In this document: in pieces, positions 1 to 9,500 of the stretch | How positions within the stretch are numbered: position 1 is the stretch's first letter | Layout of the letters: every line of letters begins with the position of its first letter | Virus record (IMG/VR): IMGVR_UViG_3300020042_007950 | Span: 18,324-82,323 of that record | Direction: 5' to 3' (one strand) | Source: a virus | Taxonomy: Duplodnaviria > Caudoviricetes | DNA length: 64,000 nucleotides | Notes under the pieces: generated by a model | Told to the model about the DNA's origin: nothing | Database searches by the model: none | The model's input: only the letters and a program-made list of their open reading frames with translations | Translations under genes and position numbers: made by a program

Positions 1-2
1 AT

Positions 3-980
3 AACGCTACATCAGCATTTATATCTGGTACAATTGACTTAGTTTCTGAAGTAACAGGAACACTACCTGTTGCTAACGGTGGTACCGGTCTAGCTACTTT
101 AACAAGCAATAGCTTGTATGTAGGTAATGGAACTTCAGCTTTAACGGCATTAGGAGTTGCAACTGATGGTCAAATTCCAATCGGACGTACAGGCCTTAGC
201 CCAGTATTAGCTACCTTAACTGCAGGAGCAAACGTTACAATTACCAATGGTATTGGAGCTATTACAATTGCTGCTAACTTAAGCACATTGACTGCTAATT
301 TAAATGCTTCGACTTATAACATTTACGGGACAGGTTGGATTAGTGGTGACGGAAATAACGAAGGTATTAAAGTAGATTCATCAGGAAGAGTGTTTGTTGG
401 TTCATCAACTCCAACAGCTTTTTACACTTACGATTTAAACATAAACAATAGTATTGCTTTAAACGGCAGCAATACTCAATATATATCAATGGGGTCTTCT
501 GCCACTCCAGGATTTTTAATTATAGATGGAGCAGACGGATCAGGAGCCAACGTAATTGGAGGACCTATTATTCTTACAGCAGGAGATAGCACTGGAACAG
601 CTACTGCTGGTCTTGCAACACTTTCTGGAGGAGCAGCTGTTTCAACAGGAACTGGTGGAGCAGCAGGACTATATGGTGGAAATAGTGTAAATGGAAGTGC
701 TGGAGCAGTGGTAATAACTGGGGGCCAAGCTACTGGTTCAGGAGCAGGAGGAGACATTGCAATTATTCCTGGACCAAGTGCTACAGGTACAGATGGAATA
801 GTAATTCAAAGTGCCTCATCAACTACAAGAGCTTTCACTAACTTTGCAGGAACTAGTGGAGCAGCATCAGCTAACTCTTTGTCTAGTTCAACTGCGGCAG
901 CTGGGGCTAAGACTGGAGCAATTAAAGTACAAATTAACGGTGTAGATGCATGGATCAGAGTGTATGCTACAGCAGAATAA
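3..980 (+). CDS. Tail fibre protein, 5'-truncated by the window edge
   Basis: The frame is open from base 3 (NATSAFISGTIDLVSEVTGTLPVANGGTG...). GTLPVANGGTG is a common phage tail-fibre motif, followed by Gly/Ala/Thr-rich GGxxxIxxG repeats. Confidence 0.75.
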   Translation, partial: NATSAFISGTIDLVSEVTGTLPVANGGTGLATLTSNSLYVGNGTSALTALGVATDGQIPIGRTGLSPVLATLTAGANVTITNGIGAITIAANLSTLTANLNASTYNIYGTGWISGDGNNEGIKVDSSGRVFVGSSTPTAFYTYDLNINNSIALNGSNTQYISMGSSATPGFLIIDGADGSGANVIGGPIILTAGDSTGTATAGLATLSGGAAVSTGTGGAAGLYGGNSVNGSAGAVVITGGQATGSGAGGDIAIIPGPSATGTDGIVIQSASSTTRAFTNFAGTSGAASANSLSSSTAAAGAKTGAIKVQINGVDAWIRVYATAE

Positions 981-1005
981 ATAGTAAACCAATACAAATA
1001 GTTAT

Positions 1006-1431
1006 ATGTTACAAGTAAAAAGAAACGGTGTGAACATCACTGGGACAAAAAGAGAATTTTTAAACATGTTTCAGGTTTTTAACGAAACTAAAGATGTTAA
1101 AAATGTTAAGTATGCTACTATCAATCTAGTTAACTCTAAAGTTATTAGAGAGCAATTAGATGAGTTAGAAGCAATGGCTACTCCTTCACAAGAGTTTATT
1201 GACCTTTCATTAAAGGCTCAAGAACTTATAAAAGAAGAAAATGAAGAAGGGTTAAAGCAGTTAGAAGAAGAAAATGCCTCACTAGTTGAAGCTCGTAAAG
1301 AGCAATTAGCTGCAGTGCAAGCAAAACTTGACGAAGAAGTTACTCTTGAACTTAAAATGATCAATGAAAAAATTCTTCCAGAAGACCTTAATGCCGAGCA
1401 ACTTGAAATGATTTCAAAACTAATAAATTAA
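1006..1431 (+). CDS. Hypothetical acidic helical protein, possibly a tail-fibre chaperone
   Basis: 141-aa Glu-rich ORF directly after the fibre gene; function inferred from position only. Confidence 0.5.
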   Translation: MLQVKRNGVNITGTKREFLNMFQVFNETKDVKNVKYATINLVNSKVIREQLDELEAMATPSQEFIDLSLKAQELIKEENEEGLKQLEEENASLVEARKEQLAAVQAKLDEEVTLELKMINEKILPEDLNAEQLEMISKLIN

Positions 1432-1435
1432 TATA

Positions 1436-1867
1436 ATGCCTTATCCTACTACAACTGACAACTTACTTGATAACACTTTAACAAAAGTAAGTCAAGGACT
1501 AGCTATAAACAGAGTTTGGGCTAATAATTCTGGAACTGTTTCAAGCAACTCTTTAAAGCTTGCAAACCAAAAACCACCATCTTCACATCTTACTACTATT
1601 CCTGGTATATTTGATAATACGTTTATAGCAATTATGGAAGATGCTAGTTCAGTTTCTTATGATGCTGCAACTATTATAAGAAATAGAATAGTTTCAATTG
1701 TAGGAGTTGCAATTACTAATATAAACGCAGCTTTTACGGCCGGAATAGCAACATGGTCTGTAGAAGTTGTAGACTATAAACTAACTGGAATACCAATATC
1801 AGATGGGGCTGGAGGGTTTATCCCAATAGTGTCTATAACTTGCCAAATCAATTTATATGTAGCATAA
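1436..1867 (+). CDS. Hypothetical protein, probably structural
   Basis: 143-aa ORF in the structural block; its stop overlaps the next start (TAATG). Confidence 0.55.
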   Translation: MPYPTTTDNLLDNTLTKVSQGLAINRVWANNSGTVSSNSLKLANQKPPSSHLTTIPGIFDNTFIAIMEDASSVSYDAATIIRNRIVSIVGVAITNINAAFTAGIATWSVEVVDYKLTGIPISDGAGGFIPIVSITCQINLYVA

Positions 1868-3024
1868 TGACTCTACTAGAACTAACCCAGACATTAACGG
1901 CCAGGCCATGGTTCTTAAAAAAAGGGCCTGCTTTAGTAGCTAGAAAATTTAAAGTTAGTTTACATGACGCCACTGCAGCATTAAAAATTGCAAGAGCAAA
2001 GAGTAGAGAAGTTAATAGAAAAGTTGTAACAGTTGAAGTATCTAACGATTCTGATAATGTTATTACAGAATTTGAACAGTATTTAGATAAAAACGGGATT
2101 GATCACTCAATGGTCAATTCCGTTAAATACTGGCAGAATATGAAAGGAGAACAACGGTTCTCTGTAGTTACCAAAAATGATAGGTCAGCAGAAGAAATTC
2201 AAAAAGACATTGAAGAATTTGCAGCCAGCTATAGCCCTAAAGCTAGAGTTATAACTAAAGGCAGAGGAGTTGACTACAAAGTGAAGTCAACTTTAGAGAT
2301 CTCTTTACCTGATATTCATTATGGAAAGTTAACAGATATTACCCTAGAAGAGATGGAGAAACAATTCCTTGATACAATTGAGGATTTAGTTACTAAAGGT
2401 CGAGGGATAAATATCGAAAAGATTCTTCTCCCAATTGGAAACGATGGGATGAACACAGACGGAATGAGAATGGCTACAACAAAAGGTACCCCTCAACACG
2501 ATACTGTAGGATGGAAAGAATCATTTAAAGGATACTGGACTCTAATAGTTAGAGCAGTAGATTTCTTGAAAGATGTGGCTCCAGTCGATATCATTGTTGT
2601 ATCGGGAAACCATGATTACGAGAGAATGTTTTATGCTGGGGATGTCCTAGCCGGGTGGTATAGAAACGACCCAAGTGTTACTGTAGATAACTCTACAATG
2701 CCAAGAAAATATTACAAGTACGGGAAAAACATGATAATGTTTACCCACGGAGATAACGAAAAACCTTCAGATATGCCACTAATAATGGCTACTGAGCAAC
2801 CGGAAATGTTTGCAGCAACTGAGTTTAGAGAAGCTCATTGTGGACATTACCATAAAGAACAGGTAAACGAATACCGAGGTGTTAAAGTAAGATTTCTTCC
2901 TTCAATATGTGCTCTAGATGAGTGGCATAAGAAGATGGGATATCAAGCATTAAGAGCAGCTCAGGCATTCATTTGGAATCACGACGAAGGACTTGAAGGA
3001 TATTTACAAAGCAATGTTAGATAA
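1867..3024 (+). CDS. Calcineurin-like metallophosphoesterase
   Basis: Motifs DIHYG, GNDxxNTD, GNHD, HGD and GHYH. Start moved to ATG 1867, which is coupled to the upstream stop. Confidence 0.8.
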   Translation: MTLLELTQTLTARPWFLKKGPALVARKFKVSLHDATAALKIARAKSREVNRKVVTVEVSNDSDNVITEFEQYLDKNGIDHSMVNSVKYWQNMKGEQRFSVVTKNDRSAEEIQKDIEEFAASYSPKARVITKGRGVDYKVKSTLEISLPDIHYGKLTDITLEEMEKQFLDTIEDLVTKGRGINIEKILLPIGNDGMNTDGMRMATTKGTPQHDTVGWKESFKGYWTLIVRAVDFLKDVAPVDIIVVSGNHDYERMFYAGDVLAGWYRNDPSVTVDNSTMPRKYYKYGKNMIMFTHGDNEKPSDMPLIMATEQPEMFAATEFREAHCGHYHKEQVNEYRGVKVRFLPSICALDEWHKKMGYQALRAAQAFIWNHDEGLEGYLQSNVR

Positions 3025-3035
3025 AATACAGAAAG

Positions 3036-3743
3036 ATGACTTTAGATGAAATTTCGTTTAACCTTTTAAATCTATTTAGAGGTGGCCGTAGCTCACAGGA
3101 TGAAATGATCTCCTTGGCTCAAATCAAATTTAACGTTAAGCACTATCGTGCTGTATTCATACGTAGAGACTATGCAAGAAATGGTCTAGTAACTCGTCAC
3201 TTAGAACAAGACTTAAAATGTGTGCAACTTAAACAAGTTGATTTATCAAAATGTTGCAACATCGATTTAAAATGCCAAGCTTATAGAAGCATAAAAAAGA
3301 TCCCAAGAACAGTAAGATTTAACTTTGAAGAAGCCATCACTTACATAGGAGATGTATCAGGATTAGGCCGTATTCAAATGATTAAACCATTTGAGGCTAA
3401 CTACATTTCAGCAGATAAATTTACTGGCAAAAATGCTAAAGCATTTATGATTGAGGACTACTTGTATGTCCTTAATCCTAACGGTATGTCTACTGTAAAC
3501 ATTCGTGGAATATTTGAAGACCCAGAAGAAGTTGCTGAATTCATTGATTGTGAAGGCCAAGTGTGCTATAGTGGTGCAAGCCAGTTCCCTATGCCTATGG
3601 ATATGGTTCAGGGTATTACTCAGGGTATGATGAATGGAGAACTTAGATTGTTGGCTGGAACATTCTCTGACACTAGTCTTGATCGTGGTCAAGATTTAAC
3701 TGGAGGAGCACCACAAACTGCACAACAACCTGCTCAAGAATAA
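3036..3743 (+). CDS. crAss-like tail/neck ring protein
   Basis: N-terminus MTLDEISFNLLNLFRGG...IKFNVKHYRAVFIR and C-terminal FPMPMDMV resemble crAss ring proteins; lies upstream of the muzzle gene. Confidence 0.65.
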   Translation: MTLDEISFNLLNLFRGGRSSQDEMISLAQIKFNVKHYRAVFIRRDYARNGLVTRHLEQDLKCVQLKQVDLSKCCNIDLKCQAYRSIKKIPRTVRFNFEEAITYIGDVSGLGRIQMIKPFEANYISADKFTGKNAKAFMIEDYLYVLNPNGMSTVNIRGIFEDPEEVAEFIDCEGQVCYSGASQFPMPMDMVQGITQGMMNGELRLLAGTFSDTSLDRGQDLTGGAPQTAQQPAQE

Positions 3744-3754
3744 AAAATTTTAAC

Positions 3755-3762
3755 TAACTTTG
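3755..3762 (+). promoter_or_regulatory. Bacteroidota sigma70 -7 promoter element (TAACTTTG)
   Basis: Matches TAnnTTTG, 5 nt before ATG 3768. Confidence 0.55.
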
Positions 3763-3767
3763 TGACT

Positions 3768-4028
3768 ATGGCAGCTTGGCAAAATAAAGAAGGTAAAAAT
3801 CCAAAAGGAGGTTTAAACGAAAAAGGCAGAAAGTCTTACGAAAAATCTAACCCTGGATCTAACTTAAAAGCTCCTCAACCTAAAGGTGGTAGCAGGAGAA
3901 ACTCATTCTGTTCTAGAATGTGTGGGATGAAAGCCAAACTTACTAGCTCTAAAACAGCAAATGACCCTAACTCAAGAATTAACAAATCACTTAGAATCTG
4001 GAACTGTGGAAGTTGCAGTAACTGGTAA
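3768..4028 (+). CDS. Small basic phage protein, DUF6321-like
   Basis: AWQNKEGKNPKGGLNEKGR...RRNSFCSRM...DPNSRINKSLRIWNC is a recognisable aquatic-phage family. ATG 3768 preferred over GTG 3762. Confidence 0.7.
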   Translation: MAAWQNKEGKNPKGGLNEKGRKSYEKSNPGSNLKAPQPKGGSRRNSFCSRMCGMKAKLTSSKTANDPNSRINKSLRIWNCGSCSNW

Positions 4029-4039
4029 CAATTAATAAA

Positions 4040-4267
4040 ATGGCTTTTAACATTGACACAACCAAAATAACCGAATACGGGGAATGGGCAGGATTAAACG
4101 TAGCATGGGCTACAATATCATATGCTATGTTTACAAATAGTATAACTTGGATTATAGGAATAGTCGGAGGTATTACTTTGATTTGGTTCAACATTGAAAG
4201 AGCATTAAAAGCACGACAAGAAAGACAATTACTTAATAAACCAGAAGAAGATGAGCAAAATGATTAA
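4040..4267 (+). CDS. Small membrane protein, holin-like
   Basis: 75 aa with a hydrophobic stretch (ITWIIGIVGGITLIWF) and a charged C-terminus. Confidence 0.5.
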   Translation: MAFNIDTTKITEYGEWAGLNVAWATISYAMFTNSITWIIGIVGGITLIWFNIERALKARQERQLLNKPEEDEQND

Positions 4268-5165
4268 AAGAAAAGACGGGTCATACTCTAAAAGAGGGCT
4301 TTGGGATAATATAAGAGCTAACAAGGGTTCTGGCAAAGAGCCTACTAAAGAAATGTTAAAACAAGAATCTAAAATAAAAAAAGAAGAAAACATGAACTCA
4401 ATGTATAAGAAAGGAGGCAAAGCCCCTAAGAAAAAAATGATGAATAAAGAGTCTTTTCTAGAAGAGTCTAAAGAAATGGAGTTTGGAGCTCCAGGAACTA
4501 AACCTCCTATGAAGAAAAAAATGATGGGAGGAATGTACAAAAAAGGTGGATTCCCAGATCTTAACGGAGATGGTAAAACAACTTTTGCCGATGTTCTTAA
4601 AGGAAGAGGTGTAGGAAAAAAGATGATGGGAGGAAAGTATGAAATGGGTGGTCCTGGTGATGGTACTACTACTAGAAAAAATCTTCTTGGGCAAACTGTA
4701 ACAGAAAACAGATCAGGTTTAGATTACGATAAAACCGTTACAAGAAAAAACGGTACTGTAGCTAGACAAAGTGGAGTAAAAACAGATGCTTTTAATCCAG
4801 AAACAGGTACTTCAGATACAAACAACTTTTACAGCAAAAAATTTGATAGAGCTGGAAACTTAAAAAGCTCTTCAGCTAGCAGAGAAAAATACATCCAAGA
4901 AGATAAAAATTCAAAAGGTGAATATGACGGTAATTCCGTACCATATGTTTCATCAGCCAAAGCTAATAGAAATGGAAAAGTTACTCGTGAAAATGGGTAT
5001 AAAACAGTAGATAATCCTAGCAGATTAACTATTAATGAGTCAAGCTCTTCTTCAAAAAGAGATTTAAAAGAAAAAGCTAAACAAAGCAGAGCAAGTTTTA
5101 AAACTGGAGGAAGCATGTTTGAGACAATGCTTGATAAACTAAAAGTTAAAGGTAAAAAGAAATAA
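4251..5165 (+). CDS. Basic low-complexity virion protein with xxKGG/MMGG repeats and an EF-hand-like loop
   Basis: Repeats MYKKGG, KKMMGG, YEMGG and FKTGG; loop DLNGDGKTTFAD at 4557-4592. Confidence 0.6.
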   Translation: MSKMIKRKDGSYSKRGLWDNIRANKGSGKEPTKEMLKQESKIKKEENMNSMYKKGGKAPKKKMMNKESFLEESKEMEFGAPGTKPPMKKKMMGGMYKKGGFPDLNGDGKTTFADVLKGRGVGKKMMGGKYEMGGPGDGTTTRKNLLGQTVTENRSGLDYDKTVTRKNGTVARQSGVKTDAFNPETGTSDTNNFYSKKFDRAGNLKSSSASREKYIQEDKNSKGEYDGNSVPYVSSAKANRNGKVTRENGYKTVDNPSRLTINESSSSSKRDLKEKAKQSRASFKTGGSMFETMLDKLKVKGKKK

Positions 5166-5167
5166 AC

Positions 5168-5674
5168 GTGCAGCAAACCAAATCACACACGTTAAAAACT
5201 ATTTATAAAGACTACCTAGAAACTGCAGAAGATAAAATTGATTTTGAAACCTTTTCTGATATATGTTCCGAGTTTAACATTGCCATATTCGAATCTCTCC
5301 TTGACGGGCATGAGTTCAATATGCAAAACAACCTCGGAACATTATCAGTAAGAAGGGTAGAAAGAGATCCAAGAGCAATGTCAATTGATTGGCTTGAGAC
5401 GAACAAGTACAAAAAAGAACTAGAAGAAGAAGGTGTAGAGTTATACGATAGTGCAACAGGAAAAGGACAAAAATGGCACATATATTATACTGACAAGTAT
5501 TACTGTAAGTTCCATTGGACCAAGCATAAAGCAAAGGTGGCTAACAAAACTGCTTACAGATTTGACGCCTCTAGAGGATTGAAAGGTAATAAAGAGAAGT
5601 TAACAGCTCTTTTAAAACAAGATGACATTGCTTATTTAAGGTTCAAGAAATATACACCGACAAAAAATAATTAG
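5168..5674 (+). CDS. crAss-like IHF/HU-family DNA-binding protein
   Basis: FSDICSEFNIAIFESLLDGHEFNMQNNLGTLSVRR fits the HU/IHF helix-strand pattern; sits beside the tail genes as in crAss-like phages. GTG start. Confidence 0.65.
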   Translation: MQQTKSHTLKTIYKDYLETAEDKIDFETFSDICSEFNIAIFESLLDGHEFNMQNNLGTLSVRRVERDPRAMSIDWLETNKYKKELEEEGVELYDSATGKGQKWHIYYTDKYYCKFHWTKHKAKVANKTAYRFDASRGLKGNKEKLTALLKQDDIAYLRFKKYTPTKNN

Positions 5675-5676
5675 TC

Positions 5677-6570
5677 ATGATTTATAAAAACGTATCTAGC
5701 AAAGTAATCATTCGTAAAGTTATGAGGGACTTAAAACCCCCTGGAGATAACTGGATTGATGATGCTGTTGAATGGACTGGAGAGGCTCTAGAGCATATTG
5801 GCTCTGCCCCACAGCTTGTTCAAAAAGGATGTGTTTTACATATTAAAGACTTTAAAACTGTTATGCCAGCTGACTTGTACTATATCAATCAAGTGGCTAT
5901 CAACAACACAATCAGTCCGTCAATGACGACTGAATTGACTGAGTTATTGGCTCAGGTAAAAGAATTAAACGAACTTATTTTAGCTAATCCAAACGATGCT
6001 GTAGCATTTAATTATCAGCTACGGCAGTTAAACTCAAGGATTTCAGTAATTGAAAATCTTTACCTTTCATCGGGACAGCCGCTATCACCATTGCAGTACG
6101 GGACAAACAATTTCCCTATTGGACTTCACTGTGAACAATGTGAAAACAAGTTTGCTAAATCAAAGGATACCTATACAATTAATGGAGATTATCTTAATAC
6201 TTCATTTGAAACAGGAGCAGTTTGTTTTAGCTACACAGCATTTCCAGTAGATGAGGATTGTTACCCAATGGTACCAGACGACATCAGTTTTAAAGAGGCT
6301 ATGTTTTGGTATATTTACAAGCAAATGTTATTAGGAGGATATACCCCAGCTATGAATGGAATTGATTACAATTTTGCAGATACTAAGTGGAAATACTACT
6401 GTACTCAGGCACGTAATCAAGCTAACTTCCCAAGTATCGATAAGTACGAATCGTTCATGAACCAGTGGGTTAGACTTATCCCAAACTTGAACAGACATGC
6501 AAACTTCTTCGAGAACTTAGGAACAAGAGAAGAATTGAACAGAGGAGCTTACGGAAGAGGATACTTCTAA
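5677..6570 (+). CDS. crAss-like tail ring / tail tubular protein
   Basis: MIYKNVSSKVIIRKVMRDL...DAVEWTGEALEHIG and YPMVPDDISFKEAMFWYI are typical of this family; immediately upstream of the muzzle gene. Confidence 0.7.
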   Translation: MIYKNVSSKVIIRKVMRDLKPPGDNWIDDAVEWTGEALEHIGSAPQLVQKGCVLHIKDFKTVMPADLYYINQVAINNTISPSMTTELTELLAQVKELNELILANPNDAVAFNYQLRQLNSRISVIENLYLSSGQPLSPLQYGTNNFPIGLHCEQCENKFAKSKDTYTINGDYLNTSFETGAVCFSYTAFPVDEDCYPMVPDDISFKEAMFWYIYKQMLLGGYTPAMNGIDYNFADTKWKYYCTQARNQANFPSIDKYESFMNQWVRLIPNLNRHANFFENLGTREELNRGAYGRGYF

Positions 6571-6580
6571 TACTAAAACT

Positions 6581-9500
6581 ATGGCATCAGAATTAAAGTT
6601 TTTAAAGGGAATGAACAAAGATACTGGTCTTTCAGATCAGGTCGACGGTACATATAGAGATGCACTTAATGCTGTAGTAGACATTAATAAAGGAGCTATT
6701 AGCAATGAATTTGGAAACAAACTTGTAGCAAGTCTTCCAACTGGATATTTACCTGTTGGCCAGATTGCTCTTCCTGATGATAACTTTATAATCTTTGCCA
6801 ACAAAGCTGGTACTCCAACATCTACTTCAAGTATTTTCCTTGTAAATACCTCCACAAATGTTTTATCTGCTTTACTTACAACAAATACTGGAGAACTAAC
6901 TGGGCATCTAAACTTTGATATAGACAACCCTATTACAGGGGAATTCAGAGTTTCTCCTACAGGAGAAATCATTGTGTACTTTACTGATAACAAATACAAG
7001 TTCACAGTAGAACCTGTAACTAAGATTGAATACCCAGAGTACTATAATCCTCCACGAGTGTTTAATGTTACAAGACAACAGATTTTTTTAAGTACTGGAG
7101 GTACCCCAAACAAATTATATACATTTACAGGACAAAACATAACCATGCTTAACATGTTTATGGACTCTGGTAGAATTCCTGAATTTAATGCAGCTTCTAT
7201 AATAGAGGGTGGTGGAGTTGTAACAGGGGCTTACTATTTAGCAGTTGCATATGCAGACAAAGACTTCACTGAAACTAACGTTTTAGGGATGGCTAATCCA
7301 GTGTACGTTCACCCATCTTCAGAAAGTTACATCCCATTTGAAATGATTGGAGGAGCTCCAGGTGGAGTTGAAACAAACAAATCTATCAAATGGGATTTAA
7401 CAAGTTTAAACATTGACTATAAATATATTGTACCATACGTACTTCAAAAAATAGGAGAAGTTCAATTTGTATACAAACTTGAATTTGTAGAAATTAAAAC
7501 TACAACTATAAGCATTACATATAGTGGTTTAGAGCAAGTAGATAAAGCCACAGTAGAAGATTCAGTATTAGATAAAGTTAACTACCTCAGTGCAAAATCT
7601 ATTGCACAGTTAGATAACAGAATGTATGCCGCAAACTTAACTGGAAGAAAAGACCTAGGTTTTCAAAGATTTGCTAACGGAATACGGTTGCAAGCCGTTA
7701 CAAAAAATATTCTAGAATTCGATCCGAGAGCTTATGATATATATAACATTAATGTAGGATATGCTGCCGTTTCAAAAAATGTAGACTACCCTTTTCCAAC
7801 GGATTATAACTATATTTCTGCAGTAACTTACCTAGTTCAAAATGGAAAAGACAGAGGGTATAGAAATATAAATAGATTGTTTAAAGAAAAAAGTTATAGA
7901 AGAGGAGAAGTATACTCATTCTATATATCTTTTATATTTAAAGATGGTACAGAAAGTTATGCATACCACATTCCTGGACGTAATGTAGTTAAATCTTGGG
8001 AAAACGGCCCTTTAAATAATGTTGATGTTTCAGGATTTAATCCTGTAGAATTTATAGAAACAAACCCAAATGGGTTAATGTATCAATATTTAGATACAAG
8101 TTTATACGTTTCTCAGAGTACAGGATATTGGGAAAATAGAAATGAAACTTACCCAGACTCTCCAGACTTTGATATTTATAGTGTAGATGGAGCAGGATCT
8201 CCAGTGCTTTCAGGATCTATAAGAAATCTAAATGTTAGGCATCACAAAATGCCTTCTAATCATAATCTTTCATTTTCTACATTAGTAACTAGTATAGATT
8301 TTTCTTTTCCCACACTTGCCAATTCATCTGTTTCAACAAGTGCACAAACTAAATTTAACGAAAATGTTAGAATATTAGGATTCAAACTTGAAAATTTAAA
8401 AATTCCTAAATTTATTCTTCAGCAAGTGCAAGGTTATAAAGTGTATTATGCAAAAAGAAATCAAGGAGACAAAACAATTATAGGACAAAGTGGGTTGCAT
8501 CCATCCGAATGGATTAAATCTGGAAATTTATATAATAAAAGGCAAACAGCTATGTTTGGACCATATTACCATATGTGGCAAATGGGTGCTCTTCCATATT
8601 CAGGTTCGTTTGCTTATACAAATTATCCTTGGGCAAGTACCTACAATGATAATGTAGCAGCTCAATCAGTATTTAAATTCCATGATTTTAATTTACTTAG
8701 AACTCAAAAAAGTTTAGGGCAAGCAACTCACATAGATTTGCAATACGTTGCAACAATGCATCAATGGAGGGGAAGGCATAAGGGTATACAACCTGGAAAT
8801 ATAGATGGTGAAGGAAACTTTGATTCTAGTACTTATTATACACAATTTAGAAGTGGAGAATCAGAATATCAATGGATAAACTCTACTCTAGCAAACACAG
8901 ACAATTACGATAATACATCGGATGATACGTCAGTTTACAGTACTCCAAGTGCATATGGTTTATTAATGGTAGCTGCAAAATATAGCCCACCTGGAGCCAG
9001 TGGTGCAAATGATTATGGAGTAAGTGTTGCTGGAGTAACTGGAAACCAAAGTTATTTAGGAGTAAATCAAACTATATTCCCACTAGATCCTGATAGTGCA
9101 AGTTACTTGGCAGGAATGTCAATTCTTAAAAACAGTTCTTCTACGGCATTTAAAGGGGCTACATATTTGTTAAATTTAAGTGGAGAAAGTTCAATTGTAC
9201 TTGGTTTAAAATCAGGCATACCTCCTTTACGTGGTACAAACATAAACTTACTTGGAGAAGATTTTGCATTTTTAAGAAAAGTAAATGTAGAGAATGCTCA
9301 AAACGGGCCTGTAACAACTGGCAGACCTAATGTTTATATAGCTAATTTATGTTCAACTAAAACAGATGTATTTGAACCGTTTGATGCTCAAAGGTTAGTG
9401 TGGACTGGATTTTATAAATCTACATTACTAGTTAACATAATTACAGGTGGGGATGTAGACGGAACTAATTACTACACAGGAGTAAGAACTTCTGACATTT

